Made by a program: the position numbers and the translations under genes
Part shown: positions 18,789 to 29,218 of the stretch, piece by piece
How the letters are laid out: each line of letters begins with the position of its first letter
Numbering within the stretch: position 1 is the first letter of the stretch
Assembly: GCA_964478235.1 (NCBI GenBank)
Contig: CAYZGX010000005.1
Span: 246-64,245, forward strand
Direction of reading: 5' to 3'
DNA: 64,000 nucleotides
DNA from: an uncultured Gammaproteobacteria bacterium
GTDB taxonomy: Bacteria > Patescibacteriota > Patescibacteriia > Magasanikbacterales > GWA2-37-8
The notes under the pieces: generated by a model
Databases searched by the model: none
Seen by the model: the letters and a program-made list of their open reading frames with translations, nothing else
Told to the model about the DNA's origin: nothing

Positions 18789-19484
18789 ATGCCACGTAAT
18801 CCTATCGACTCGGTTGAAATTGTTGAGCCGCCCATTCGCGAATTAACAAAAACACGATCCTCTTTCAAACGCGGGTGCGTCACCGGCTGTTTTTTCATTC
18901 TTATTCTTGGCGTCGCCACTGTCAGTGGTATTAAATTCCTTATCGGCGCCGGCCCGAGCACTTTCAAAAGTGTCCCGTCGATATTTCCAAAAGATATTCC
19001 TATTTATGATAAAGATGCGATTGAAAATATCACCTTTATCCCTGGAAAATATAAATACCGAAGCACCGAAATTGCCGCTTTTTTTCCTAAGATTTTATTA
19101 TCTCCAATTATTTTGCGCATCCAAGGCGTGAACGCTCCGACCCCAACCACCACCGAACAGTCGGCGTTACGCGGGCTATGGCGCATGATTTCAACTCCGG
19201 TGAGTGATTTATCAGACACCATCCACGTTGAATGGAAAAATATTGACGCTGAGCCAACCTTTGTCTATTCCTATTACAAAAAAGAGTTAACCAAAAAAGA
19301 TTACACCATCACCAACGAAGTCAGAAGCAAAACCGAACAACGCTTTTTGTTTAGTCGCGAAGATGGTATTAACGGCTTTCTTTTGGTAGAAGGCGACGAA
19401 GAAGCTAAGCCAGGCACCGATTACGCCGCCCTGATGGTCAATATTCCTCACAAACTTCTTACTTCCCCTTCACTCGATCGCTAG
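18789..19484 (+). CDS. hypothetical membrane-anchored protein
   Basis: 231-aa ORF with a single N-terminal TM (CFFILILGVATVSGIKFLIGAG); no recognisable domain. Confidence 0.5.
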   Translation: MPRNPIDSVEIVEPPIRELTKTRSSFKRGCVTGCFFILILGVATVSGIKFLIGAGPSTFKSVPSIFPKDIPIYDKDAIENITFIPGKYKYRSTEIAAFFPKILLSPIILRIQGVNAPTPTTTEQSALRGLWRMISTPVSDLSDTIHVEWKNIDAEPTFVYSYYKKELTKKDYTITNEVRSKTEQRFLFSREDGINGFLLVEGDEEAKPGTDYAALMVNIPHKLLTSPSLDR

Positions 19485-19489
19485 CTCCC

Positions 19490-21112
19490 ATGATTACCAA
19501 AATGCTCACCAATGAATCAAAGACGGTCACGGGGGCGGCTATTATAATTGGACTAGCTACACTCGGCAGTCGAATTATTGGTATTGTTCGCGACCGACTC
19601 TTTGCTCACTACTTCGGCGCTGGTCCGATGATGGACGCCTACTATGCGTCTTTTAAAATACCTGACCTTATTTATAATCTTTTAATTGTTGGCGCCCTCA
19701 CCGCTGGCTTTATTCCAACCTTCACCAAACTTCTCGACAAAGACCCGAGCCGAAAAAGTGCCTGGCGCCTCGCCAACAACATTCTCACCATCATTGCTAT
19801 CACCCTAGCTGTCGTGAGCGGTCTTGGAGCGCTATTTGCTCCACACTTAACTGGATTATTATTCCCGGGATTTCCTAACGCTACCACAGAACTGGCAGTG
19901 CTCTTCACCCGCATCATGTTTATCTCACCGATACTGCTCGGTATTTCCATGGTGCTCGGCGGGATTCTTCAGTCGCTCCGTCAATTTTTTATTTACTCAC
20001 TCGCTCCCATTTTTTATAATCTTGGGATTATCCTCGGCGCTGTCGCCCTTGTTCCACTCCTTGGCCCAGCTGGCCTCGCTTGGGGTGTTGTCCTCGGAGC
20101 ATTCTTTCATCTGCTGATACAATGCTACGGCACCTATTCCAATGGCTGGCGTTGGCGCTTCACCTTTGATTTATCCGATACTTCCACGCGAACCATCGGT
20201 GCCTTAATGCTGCCTCGCACCTTTGGTTTAGCCGCTCACCATATCAACAATATTATTATTACCAGTTTTGCATCATTTCTCTCTATCGGGTCAGTTTCGG
20301 TCTATAATTTCGCAAGCAACCTCCAAGCTGTTCCAACAGGCTTAGTCGCCATTCCTTTCGCTCTCGCTGTTTTCCCGCTTCTGTCCGAAATGAATCTCCC
20401 TAAAGACAACCAAGCGTTTTTAGAAAAAATAGTCAGTACCGCTCGTTATATTTTGTTTCTCATAGCTCCGATTATTATCATTCTTCTCCTGTTACGCGCT
20501 CAAATTGTCCGCCTTATTCTCGGCAGCGGTGCCTTTGATTGGACAGCCACCATCGCCACCGCCAACACACTCGCCTTTTTTGCTGTCGGACTTGTTGGTC
20601 AAGCACTCATTCCGCTCCTCGCTCGCGCTTTCTACGCCATGAGCAACACCAAGACACCATTTTTCATTGGGCTAGCAAGCGAAGTAGTGAGTATTACCAC
20701 CGCACTGATTGCCATGAAATTCTTGGGTGTCGCTGGCCTAGCGCTCGGCGCTTCGCTCGGCGCACTCGTCAACGCCGGCCTACTAAGCATCACTCTTCGT
20801 CAACACATCAAAGCCAATCTGCCACCGGGCAGTCTTCGTTTTGTTCTTCATCTGAGTATTGCCAGCCTCGCCATGGCCGGAACGGTGCAATTGCTCAAAT
20901 TTCCGCTCGGCACAATCTTCGACCTCGACCGGTTCTTTGAGGTCTTGCTTCAAGCTGGCATCTCTGGTACAGTAGGCCTCCTCATCTATGGCGGACTCTT
21001 AGCCTTTTTCAAAGTTGAAGAATTGAGCCAATTTGCGCTTAGTTTCAAGAAAAAATGGCTCCGCACTCCTCAGCTAGAAGAAGGTATCGATGAGGCTGAA
21101 CGACTCCAATAA
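19490..21112 (+). CDS. murJ: lipid II flippase MurJ (MviN)
   Basis: 540 aa, 14-TM MOP-superfamily pattern; N-terminal RDRLFAHYFGAG...DAYYASFKIPDL motif. Confidence 0.9.
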   Translation: MITKMLTNESKTVTGAAIIIGLATLGSRIIGIVRDRLFAHYFGAGPMMDAYYASFKIPDLIYNLLIVGALTAGFIPTFTKLLDKDPSRKSAWRLANNILTIIAITLAVVSGLGALFAPHLTGLLFPGFPNATTELAVLFTRIMFISPILLGISMVLGGILQSLRQFFIYSLAPIFYNLGIILGAVALVPLLGPAGLAWGVVLGAFFHLLIQCYGTYSNGWRWRFTFDLSDTSTRTIGALMLPRTFGLAAHHINNIIITSFASFLSIGSVSVYNFASNLQAVPTGLVAIPFALAVFPLLSEMNLPKDNQAFLEKIVSTARYILFLIAPIIIILLLLRAQIVRLILGSGAFDWTATIATANTLAFFAVGLVGQALIPLLARAFYAMSNTKTPFFIGLASEVVSITTALIAMKFLGVAGLALGASLGALVNAGLLSITLRQHIKANLPPGSLRFVLHLSIASLAMAGTVQLLKFPLGTIFDLDRFFEVLLQAGISGTVGLLIYGGLLAFFKVEELSQFALSFKKKWLRTPQLEEGIDEAERLQ

Positions 21113-21115
21113 ACT

Positions 21116-22927
21116 ATGACTAAACACATCCGCAATTTCTGTATTATTGCTCATATCGATCACGGCAAATCAACGCTCGCTGATCGTTTTTTGGAATATA
21201 CCAAAACCGTCTCTTCCCGAGAAATGAAGAGTCAGCTTCTCGACTCCATGGATCTCGAGCGTGAACGCGGAATCACCATCAAGCTCACTCCGGTGCGCAT
21301 GAAATATGAATACAAAGGTGAAGAATATACTTTGGATCTAATCGATACTCCAGGACATGTGGACTTCACCTACGAAGTTTCTCGCTCACTCGCCGCTGTC
21401 GAAGGGGCCATTCTTTTGGTCGACGCGACTCAGGGCGTCCAAGCACAAACTATTGGTAATTTGTATTTAGCTCTCGAACAAAACCTCACCATTATTCCGG
21501 TTATCAATAAAATTGATATGCCGATTGCTAATGTTGAAAAAACTAAAGAAGAAATTATCAATCTTATCGGTTGCGATGAAAAAGATATTATTTTAGCTTC
21601 CGGCAAAACCGGTGTTGGCGTGACTGAAATTTTAGCCGCTGTTATTGAAAAAATTAAGCCACCAGCAGATACGAGCGCATCCGAACCGCGCGCCATGATT
21701 TTCGACTCCATGTACAACGAATTCAAAGGCGTTGTTGCATCAGTCCGCATGACTGACGGCGAGCTCAAAAAGGGCGACAAACTCTATTTGATGTCGACCT
21801 ACGCCAAGGCGGAAGTCTTGGAAATTGGCTATTACACTCCAAAATTCAGCCCATCCGACAAAATTGCCAACGGAGAAATCGGCTATGTCGTCACTGGTCT
21901 CAAAGAAGTCCGAGATTGTCGCGTTGGTGACACTATTACCACCCTCAATAGCGATAAAGACGGCGGCACCGCTAAAAACGCCCTGCCTGGCTACCGCGAA
22001 GTAAAACCGATGGTCTATGCCGGCATCTTCCCTAAAGACGGTGATGCGTATGAAGATTTACGCACCGCCATCGACAAGCTCAAACTAAGCGATTCCTCGC
22101 TCATCTACGAACCAGAACATTCTCATGCTCTCGGTTTTGGTTTCCGTTGTGGTTTCTTGGGCATGCTTCATTTAGATATTTTTCAAGAACGCCTCAAACG
22201 CGAGCATGATTTAGATATTATTATCACCGTACCAAGCGTCGCGTATCAGCTCACCAAAACCAACCAACAAGAAATGATCGTACATAGCCCTCAAGAAATG
22301 CCAGAAGCATCGTTCATTTTGGAAATGCAAGAGCCGTGGATGAAACTCGATGTTATCACTCCCAAAGACTATGTTGGTGGCGTCATGGGCCTCATCACCG
22401 ACCGCAAAGGTAAATATATTAACACTGAATACTTAAGCTCGGGCAACGACCAGCGCGCCTTGCTTCACTATGAAATCCCTCTCGCTTCACTCATTACCGA
22501 CTTCTACGACAAACTAAAATCGGTCACCTCGGGCTACGCTTCCATGAATTACGAATTGATTGGCTACCAACCAACCGACGTTGTGAAGCTCGATATTTTA
22601 GTCGCCGAAGATCTCGTAGAATCACTCTCTACTATTGTCTGGCGCGATCAATCCTACGCTGCCGGCAAAAAAATCTGCGAATCCCTCAAAGAGTCCTTGC
22701 CAAAACAACAGTTTGACCTTAAGATACAGGCAGCCATCGGCGGAAAAGTTATCGCCTCTGAGCGACTTTCAGCTCTTCGCAAAGATGTCTTGGCCAAAAT
22801 GAGTGGCGGCGACTATACCCGCAAGCTCAAATTGCTCCAGCGTCAGAAAAAAGGTAAAAAGAACATGAAAGCGCATGGCCGAGTAGATATTCCAACCGAA
22901 GCCTATTTAGCCGTCTTAAAACGCTAA
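21116..22927 (+). CDS. lepA: elongation factor 4 (LepA)
   Basis: IRNFCIIAHIDHGKSTLADR, DTPGHVDF, NKID; LepA-specific C-terminal domain. Confidence 0.95.
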   Translation: MTKHIRNFCIIAHIDHGKSTLADRFLEYTKTVSSREMKSQLLDSMDLERERGITIKLTPVRMKYEYKGEEYTLDLIDTPGHVDFTYEVSRSLAAVEGAILLVDATQGVQAQTIGNLYLALEQNLTIIPVINKIDMPIANVEKTKEEIINLIGCDEKDIILASGKTGVGVTEILAAVIEKIKPPADTSASEPRAMIFDSMYNEFKGVVASVRMTDGELKKGDKLYLMSTYAKAEVLEIGYYTPKFSPSDKIANGEIGYVVTGLKEVRDCRVGDTITTLNSDKDGGTAKNALPGYREVKPMVYAGIFPKDGDAYEDLRTAIDKLKLSDSSLIYEPEHSHALGFGFRCGFLGMLHLDIFQERLKREHDLDIIITVPSVAYQLTKTNQQEMIVHSPQEMPEASFILEMQEPWMKLDVITPKDYVGGVMGLITDRKGKYINTEYLSSGNDQRALLHYEIPLASLITDFYDKLKSVTSGYASMNYELIGYQPTDVVKLDILVAEDLVESLSTIVWRDQSYAAGKKICESLKESLPKQQFDLKIQAAIGGKVIASERLSALRKDVLAKMSGGDYTRKLKLLQRQKKGKKNMKAHGRVDIPTEAYLAVLKR

Positions 22928-22957
22928 TAACAGCGTGGGGGGGGTAAACATTTGTAT

Positions 22958-23554
22958 ATGATTAAGGTAGCCTTATTCGACATCGACGGGGTTATCGTCA
23001 AAGACCCCATCTTTAGTACGGTCTACGCACAAGAGTTTGGGCTGACCCCCGAATCAATGTTGCCTTTTTTTACCAAAGCCTTTCAAGAATGCATGGTCGG
23101 CAAAGCCGATCTCAAAGAAGCTGTCGCCCCATTTCTTAAAGACTGGAAATGGACCGGCACCGTTGATGAGTTTGTCACCTACTGGCTTGAGCATCATCGC
23201 ACCCTTGATCCTGACGTTACTACCATACTAGAGAATCTCCGTGCCAAAGGCATAAAAATTGTTTTAGCCACCAATCAAGAAAAATATCGCGCCGACTATT
23301 TATGGAATGTGGTGGGGCTCAAAAACTACTGCGACGACAAGATTGTTTCCTACGCTCTCGGAGTGCGCAAACCCAACAAAGACTATTTTATACAGACCCT
23401 TAAAATACTAGGTTTAGCTCACGAACCAAACGCTGTTCTACTAGTTGATGATTCGCTCAACTTTATCATGAGCGCCGAAACCTGCGGTATTCAAACCCAT
23501 TATTATAAAAACGCGAGCGGTCTTCGCTCAGCTCTCCACAAACTTGGATTATGA
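22958..23554 (+). CDS. HAD-superfamily hydrolase
   Basis: Motif I FDIDGV, motif III K.., motif IV VDDS; ORF-track start at 22952 is TTG; ATG at 22958. Confidence 0.8.
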   Translation: MIKVALFDIDGVIVKDPIFSTVYAQEFGLTPESMLPFFTKAFQECMVGKADLKEAVAPFLKDWKWTGTVDEFVTYWLEHHRTLDPDVTTILENLRAKGIKIVLATNQEKYRADYLWNVVGLKNYCDDKIVSYALGVRKPNKDYFIQTLKILGLAHEPNAVLLVDDSLNFIMSAETCGIQTHYYKNASGLRSALHKLGL

Positions 23555-23649
23555 AACACAAAACAAAAAAAGCTCTCTGGTCGGTGGTAGCCATTCTCGG
23601 CATTATCGCTATGCTCGGCCTCACTATCATGCCAGCCTTCCAGTACTAA
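23551..23649 (+). CDS. possible 32-aa membrane micropeptide (MKHKTKKALWSVVAILGIIAMLGLTIMPAFQY)
   Basis: ATG overlaps the HAD stop (ATGA). Lys-rich n-region plus one TM helix. Below the ORF-track size cutoff. Sits in the recJ 5' region. Confidence 0.3.
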   Translation: MKHKTKKALWSVVAILGIIAMLGLTIMPAFQY

Positions 23650-23679
23650 TCCGTTATTTCTCTAGCTTGTCGAAAACGT

Positions 23680-25452
23680 ATGTCGAAAAAATGGATTTTT
23701 CAAGACGCTCCGCCGGAAGATTTTGTTATCGCTCACCCAGAAATCCCTCAAAGTGTCACTCGCCTTCTCTGGAACCGAGGACTGCGCACTCAAGAAAAAA
23801 TTGACGAATTCTTACAACCAGACTACACCAACGACGTCCACGACCCGTTTCTTTTTAAAGATATGGAAAAAGCGGTGGCGCTGGTTTTTGACGCCATCAA
23901 ACTCAACAAAAAAATCGTGGTTCATGGCGACTATGATGCTGATGGCGTGTGTGCGGCTGCCGTCATTATGACCACCATCAAAAAACTTGGCGCAGCCTAC
24001 ACCGATGTCTTTCTCCCCCACCGCGAAACCGACGGCTACGGCCTCAACAACCGCACGGTACAAATGCTCAAAGATAAAAACACTGAACTGATTATCACCT
24101 GCGATTGCGGAATTAGTAATACCGAAGAAATCTCTCTAGCCAAACAGCTCGGCATGCACGTGATTGTTACCGATCACCATGCCATGCCGGCCGTCTTTCC
24201 ACCGGCTGATGCGATTATCCATCCGCTAGTGCCAGGCGAACCATACCCCGACAAAACACTCGCTGGTGGCGGAGTCGCTTTTAAACTTATCCAAGCTCTT
24301 CTCATTGAGCATAAAAAAACCAACACCACACTCCCCGACGGACAAACGCACGAAGCCTTTGAAAAATGGCTGCTTGATTTAGTATCTATCTCCACTGTTG
24401 GCGATATGGTACCGCTGGTTGGCGAATCACGCACCCTCGTGCGCTACGGCCTGACTGTACTCAACAAAACACGCAACCTCGGCCTCCAAAAGCTCATGGT
24501 GCACACAGGCCTCATTGACGACAACGGCAAAGCTAAACGAGCTTTCGATACTCAAACCATTGGTTTTCAAATTGCTCCACGCATCAACGCTGCTGGCCGA
24601 ATGAAGCATGCCAATGTTGCTTTTGAGCTTCTTATGGCCGAAACGCCAGAAGAAGCTGAACGTCTCGCTGCTGAACTTGATCAAAACAATGTTGACCGCC
24701 AAAAACTCACTGAAAAATTGGTCACCCAAGCTCGGAGGCAGGTGAAAGAAACCAACCAGCAGGACAACTCGATTCTTTTTGTCTTTGGCGAAGATTGGGG
24801 CACAGGCATTCTTGGGCTTATCGCTAGCCGCATTAAAGAAGAATTTTTCAAACCAACACTCGCTATGGGCGTCAACGGCGGTACGATTACCGGCTCTGGG
24901 CGAAGCGTTCCCGGATTCAATCTGATTGAATCGCTCAAAACCATGCCAGAGTTTTTCCACAAATTCGGCGGCCATCCCCAAGCCTGTGGTTTTTCTCTAA
25001 AAACTCGAGACAACTTTGAAGAATTCAAACAAACACTGCTAGCAAAAGCAGTCATTGGGACTGAAAATATCGACCTTACTCCACAAATTAAAATTGACGC
25101 CGTCGTTGATCTTGATGAAATCAACTGGAAACTCTACGACATTCTCCAAAAATTTGAACCGTTTGGCATGGCCAACGCCGAACCACTCTATGCAGCGCTC
25201 GGCCTGACGGTAATCAGTGTCGCTCCGGTCGGCAAAGACAATAAACACCTACGCATTCTCGTCAAACACAATTCGCACGTCGCTCGAAAAACTATCGCCT
25301 TTGGCTTTGGCAACATCGATCGTCACCCGGCCAATTGGAAAGAGCTCCAACCAGGCGCTAAAATTGACCTAGCTTTCACTGTCAGCGTCAACGAGTGGAA
25401 CGGTAACCGCGAACTACAACTCATGGTGGAAGATATTCGCCACGCTGAGTAA
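23680..25452 (+). CDS. recJ: single-stranded-DNA-specific exonuclease RecJ
   Basis: DHH motifs (VVHGDYDADGV, VTDHH), DHHA1 region GGHPQACG. Confidence 0.9.
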   Translation: MSKKWIFQDAPPEDFVIAHPEIPQSVTRLLWNRGLRTQEKIDEFLQPDYTNDVHDPFLFKDMEKAVALVFDAIKLNKKIVVHGDYDADGVCAAAVIMTTIKKLGAAYTDVFLPHRETDGYGLNNRTVQMLKDKNTELIITCDCGISNTEEISLAKQLGMHVIVTDHHAMPAVFPPADAIIHPLVPGEPYPDKTLAGGGVAFKLIQALLIEHKKTNTTLPDGQTHEAFEKWLLDLVSISTVGDMVPLVGESRTLVRYGLTVLNKTRNLGLQKLMVHTGLIDDNGKAKRAFDTQTIGFQIAPRINAAGRMKHANVAFELLMAETPEEAERLAAELDQNNVDRQKLTEKLVTQARRQVKETNQQDNSILFVFGEDWGTGILGLIASRIKEEFFKPTLAMGVNGGTITGSGRSVPGFNLIESLKTMPEFFHKFGGHPQACGFSLKTRDNFEEFKQTLLAKAVIGTENIDLTPQIKIDAVVDLDEINWKLYDILQKFEPFGMANAEPLYAALGLTVISVAPVGKDNKHLRILVKHNSHVARKTIAFGFGNIDRHPANWKELQPGAKIDLAFTVSVNEWNGNRELQLMVEDIRHAE

Positions 25453-25486
25453 CAAAAAAGCTCCGATTGAGTCGGAGCTTTTTTTA
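25453..25486. terminator. bidirectional rho-independent terminator between convergent recJ and ytxH-like gene
   Basis: AAAAAAGCTCCGATTGAGTCGGAGCTTTTTTTATT. Confidence 0.8.
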
Positions 25487-25795
25487 TTATTTCGTAATAT
25501 CTTTTTCAATCTCTGCCCACTTTTTTTTGAGTTGGCGGATAAGCTGACTTTTAACATCTTCAGCTAATTCTTTTTTGGAAGCATATTCAGCCACAGCGCG
25601 TTCCACCAAAGCATTATACATTTCTTTGGTTGGACCCTCGAGTTGGGAAATACTTTGTCTCAACTGCTGAAACAACGGATCGAGGTGCGTAGCGATTTTG
25701 GCGCGTAATTCTTTGCCTTTCGGAGTGGCGTTAAGCCACATCAAAGCAGCACCAACGGCACCACCAAGTAATAATCCTTTGTTAAAGCGTCCCAT
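25487..25795 (-). CDS. YtxH-like small membrane-associated stress protein
   Basis: MGRFNKGLLLGGAVGAALMWLNATPKGKELR N-terminus then an extended amphipathic helix; start at the internal ATG 25795. Confidence 0.65.
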   Translation of the reverse strand: MGRFNKGLLLGGAVGAALMWLNATPKGKELRAKIATHLDPLFQQLRQSISQLEGPTKEMYNALVERAVAEYASKKELAEDVKSQLIRQLKKKWAEIEKDITK

Positions 25796-25815
25796 AGAAA
25801 CAAGTGTTAAGTGAG

Positions 25816-26685
25816 TTAGAAAGTACCACAACCAGCTTGAGCGGTAGCGATAGCGGCATTGCCGACACTAACTTCAGTACCAAAGCCAGGACCAAAGGAT
25901 GAATTGCTGAGGACAGTCTGACATTCTGCTGGAGGGGTGTTAAACGCCCCGCAGATAGCCTGCTTCACTGCTTCTGGAGTACGAGCCACCGAAGCCTCTA
26001 CACCGTTGATAATGAGCGTTGGAGAGCCTTGGACGCCATACTGGTTGTTGAGCTCCTCTTGAAGCGGATACAGTGGGTATTGACCACTGAGCCAAGTGTT
26101 TTGATCGTTGTATTTGGTAGTAATAGCAAATTTCTTATCTGTTCGAGAAATACAACTGTTCAAAGTTGTCTGGTTTACTCCAGTTGATTGCAAACATTTC
26201 TTATAATCAGCTTCAGCACCAGTGTTCTGACCAGCCCCAAAGAAACATTTCAAATATGCTTGGAATTTAGCTGGCTGTTCAGATTGAATACAGTACTGAC
26301 GAGTATTTTCATCAATTTCTTTTTTACCATGCATGATATATGACACGAATTTCACATCCATATCAGCTTTGTTCTTGAGAAGCTCCCAAGCTGGCACATA
26401 AGCTTTTTCCATTTGCAAACCATATGGGCAGTAGGACATAACAAACAGCTCTACTTTTGGTTTGTCGGATTTTGGCACCACTGGTGCTGGAGCGCTTGGA
26501 GCAGCTGGTTGAGCGGCGGTCGGTGCTGGAGCGGTGGCAACTTTAAAAGTATCACTCTTTGATAAAGCCGAAACACCTAAAACAACAAAACCGACAGTTC
26601 CAAGAGTGAGAATCCCACCGACCACCCCAAGAATAAGGGCGCTTTTCGGATCAAGGAGTTCAAAAAAACTTTTCTGCTGTTCCAT
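25816..26685 (-). CDS. membrane-anchored thioredoxin-fold thiol-disulfide oxidoreductase (DsbA-like)
   Basis: TM anchor, Pro/Ala linker, CPYG active-site CxxC (FVMSYCPYGLQ), several additional Cys pairs; start at ATG 26685. Confidence 0.7.
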   Translation of the reverse strand: MEQQKSFFELLDPKSALILGVVGGILTLGTVGFVVLGVSALSKSDTFKVATAPAPTAAQPAAPSAPAPVVPKSDKPKVELFVMSYCPYGLQMEKAYVPAWELLKNKADMDVKFVSYIMHGKKEIDENTRQYCIQSEQPAKFQAYLKCFFGAGQNTGAEADYKKCLQSTGVNQTTLNSCISRTDKKFAITTKYNDQNTWLSGQYPLYPLQEELNNQYGVQGSPTLIINGVEASVARTPEAVKQAICGAFNTPPAECQTVLSNSSFGPGFGTEVSVGNAAIATAQAGCGTF

Positions 26686-26695
26686 AAGGAAAAAA

Positions 26696-27268
26696 TTAAT
26701 AAATAAGGGTGCTGTAGAGCGTAGTATAGAGCTCTCCTGCGTCATCTAATTGTACCTGACCAGAGCTATTCGTCAAGTCAATAAAGCTCTGGGGCGATGG
26801 TTTAGCTATAAAAGAGCGATACGGGCAGGCTGACAAGGCGACAACAGCGCTCGCTAGCGGAAAAAGGCGACGCATATACCAGGCGGTATAGCCCATAATA
26901 ACGAGACTGAAGAGATCAGACCACTTCGGCGACCGATGCCAGGTAATAACAAACGGAATCGTTGGGTGGGCTTTTTTCCAAGCGATTAATTGCCGAGCTA
27001 CACCCAATGTTGGACAGTGAATATGGATAATATCAAACTCGGCTAGCTTCAAAAAAGCCTGCGCCGAAGATGATAGCGACTGAAAAGAATGTGTTGAAGC
27101 CTTTAGGCTTGTTTCAAGGCGCTCTTTGGCAGTCACTGTGCCATATTGGATAGTCAGTGCTTCACTTTCAACCCCCTGTTTACCTTCAGCCGCAATCAGC
27201 GCAAAAGCGGACGACCTAATATCATCAAAATAGTCAAACGCTGAAGGAATAATATGAACAACTCGCAT
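26696..27268 (-). CDS. glycosyltransferase family 4 N-terminal-domain-only protein (truncated paralogue of the adjacent GT4)
   Basis: MRVVHIIPS...FDIIHIHCP...PFVITWH parallels MKIAHVVATLP...FDIVHVHYP...PYVVTYH of the 28091-29218 GT4; no C-terminal EX7E catalytic domain. Confidence 0.55.
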   Translation of the reverse strand: MRVVHIIPSAFDYFDDIRSSAFALIAAEGKQGVESEALTIQYGTVTAKERLETSLKASTHSFQSLSSSAQAFLKLAEFDIIHIHCPTLGVARQLIAWKKAHPTIPFVITWHRSPKWSDLFSLVIMGYTAWYMRRLFPLASAVVALSACPYRSFIAKPSPQSFIDLTNSSGQVQLDDAGELYTTLYSTLIY

Positions 27269-27270
27269 AC

Positions 27271-28089
27271 CTATTTACGTGCTGTACTGTGAACGTTCGG
27301 TGACGGCACCCGATTAAACACGACAGATTCAAAATACACAAGACTATTAATTATTTTTTTGAAGATACTAAATAATCCAGGCGCTTTAACGGTGGCTGAT
27401 AATGATTGAAAATACTCTTCGCCATTCACCTGCGACACTCCCCGTTTCTTTGCCGCTCTATCCATCAGATTAAAAGCGACAAACATAAGCATTTGTCCAA
27501 GCACGTGTTCGCTGTAACGAAACTGTATTTGAGAAAACCCAACTCGACGGTACAGGTCTTTAAGTGTCGCCCGAGAAAAATAATTAATATGACCAGCATG
27601 GCGACGGGTGAGATCACCCCTCAAACCAAAACGGCGACAAAAACCCCACAGCGACGTTACATCGCCTTCACATGGAACATAAGCATAGAATACACCACCC
27701 GGCTTGAGTACACGATAGATTTCTCTCAAAACACTCGCTGGATCGGGCACGTGCTCTAATACATCAAAGATAAGGACGGCATCCATTGAAGCATCGGCAT
27801 AGGGCAAACTATCACCATTTACCGCATAGACCACACCATCAGGCACTTCACGAGCCAAAGCAATAGCTGACTCACTAATATCACACCCAAAACAGTCTAG
27901 GTCCTGACGCAATTTTTTAATAGACCGAATAAACTGCCCCGCTCCCGAACCAACTTCAAGTACACTACCACCAGAGCGGACAGTATCGAGCGCTCGCCAA
28001 GCCGAACGCAGACGAAAACTAGCTAAATCAGCTGGCGACAAGCCAGCGTAGCCTCTTCCCCAAATAGATTGTTCGTAATTAAAGGCCAT
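27271..28089 (-). CDS. class I SAM-dependent methyltransferase
   Basis: Motif I VLEVGSGAGQF, motif II/post-I DAVLIFDVLEH, motif III LKPGGVF. Confidence 0.85.
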   Translation of the reverse strand: MAFNYEQSIWGRGYAGLSPADLASFRLRSAWRALDTVRSGGSVLEVGSGAGQFIRSIKKLRQDLDCFGCDISESAIALAREVPDGVVYAVNGDSLPYADASMDAVLIFDVLEHVPDPASVLREIYRVLKPGGVFYAYVPCEGDVTSLWGFCRRFGLRGDLTRRHAGHINYFSRATLKDLYRRVGFSQIQFRYSEHVLGQMLMFVAFNLMDRAAKKRGVSQVNGEEYFQSLSATVKAPGLFSIFKKIINSLVYFESVVFNRVPSPNVHSTARK

Positions 28090-28090
28090 A

Positions 28091-29218
28091 CTACAAAACT
28101 TTATAGACCCGCATAAGAGCTGACATATGAGTGTCCCACGAGCATTCTTCTACAACTCTTTCGCGACCAGCGAGACCAAAAGCATTGCGTTCTTCAGGAG
28201 ACATCTCCCCCATTCGTTTCATCACTGCGACCAACATATCCAAACTGGTACTTTCAAACAAAAAACCGTCTTGACTGTCGCGGACACGAGATCGCACGCC
28301 AGGAATATTACTGGCTATTACCGGACACCCGGCCGACAAAGCTTCAGCCGCTACAAGCGCAAACGATTCCGCCGCCCCAACTGACGCCACCACCAAACAA
28401 TGTGCCGATTGATAATATTGATTAAGCGCTATCTGCGAAGGCAAACGACCGACAAAACGTACCCGGTCTTGAAGCCCTAACTCCAAAGCTAACGCTCGGT
28501 ATTCATTAATACTATATCCCCCACTCACCACCGCGAGCACCATGTTTTCGGGCAAGCGAGCAAGTGCTTTTATTACCCAATCAAGACGTTTAAACGGTAA
28601 TGGGTTGCCAACAAATAAAAAAATCTTTTTATGTTGAAAACCATCAAGCGCTGACGGTACAGGCGCTCCAGCTTCAGGGTGAAAGACAGTGGTATCAACG
28701 GCATTAGAAATAACTTCCAACCGCTCTTCACTTAATCGTTTGCCAAATCGACTAGAACGAATATGTTGAGCGTCAACGGCAATCACTCGCTCAGCCATAG
28801 ACAAAAACAAACGCGCCCACACCGTGTCGTAGACCACTTGAATAAAATGTTTCAATAAACCAGTTGGCGCCGCATCCATATGATACGTCACCACATACGG
28901 CACACGAAACATAATCCGAGCAATGAGTACCCACTCGAGCGCCCCATACCATGGATAATGTACGTGGACGATATCAAATCCACGCAAACGCCAAGCGAGC
29001 TGGGGCACAAGGCCAGCATCACCAACTTTGAGCCACGTTTTTAAACGTACCACTGTGTAAGGTAAAGTCTCATCCTGCTCATAGGAAATACCGTGATCAA
29101 GCGTAAAAACAGTGACGTCCTCTCCAAGCGCTGTCAGACGTTTAGCCTCTTCGTGAACGACCACCCCCATACCACCAACGTGCGGTGGTAATGTGGCAAC
29201 AACATGCGCTATTTTCAT
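28091..29218 (-). CDS. glycosyltransferase family 4 (GT-B, retaining)
   Basis: N-terminal HVV..P...GG, C-terminal FVG...K......A and E...FAL...EALSAGCPVIAS (EX7E). Confidence 0.85.
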   Translation of the reverse strand: MKIAHVVATLPPHVGGMGVVVHEEAKRLTALGEDVTVFTLDHGISYEQDETLPYTVVRLKTWLKVGDAGLVPQLAWRLRGFDIVHVHYPWYGALEWVLIARIMFRVPYVVTYHMDAAPTGLLKHFIQVVYDTVWARLFLSMAERVIAVDAQHIRSSRFGKRLSEERLEVISNAVDTTVFHPEAGAPVPSALDGFQHKKIFLFVGNPLPFKRLDWVIKALARLPENMVLAVVSGGYSINEYRALALELGLQDRVRFVGRLPSQIALNQYYQSAHCLVVASVGAAESFALVAAEALSAGCPVIASNIPGVRSRVRDSQDGFLFESTSLDMLVAVMKRMGEMSPEERNAFGLAGRERVVEECSWDTHMSALMRVYKVL

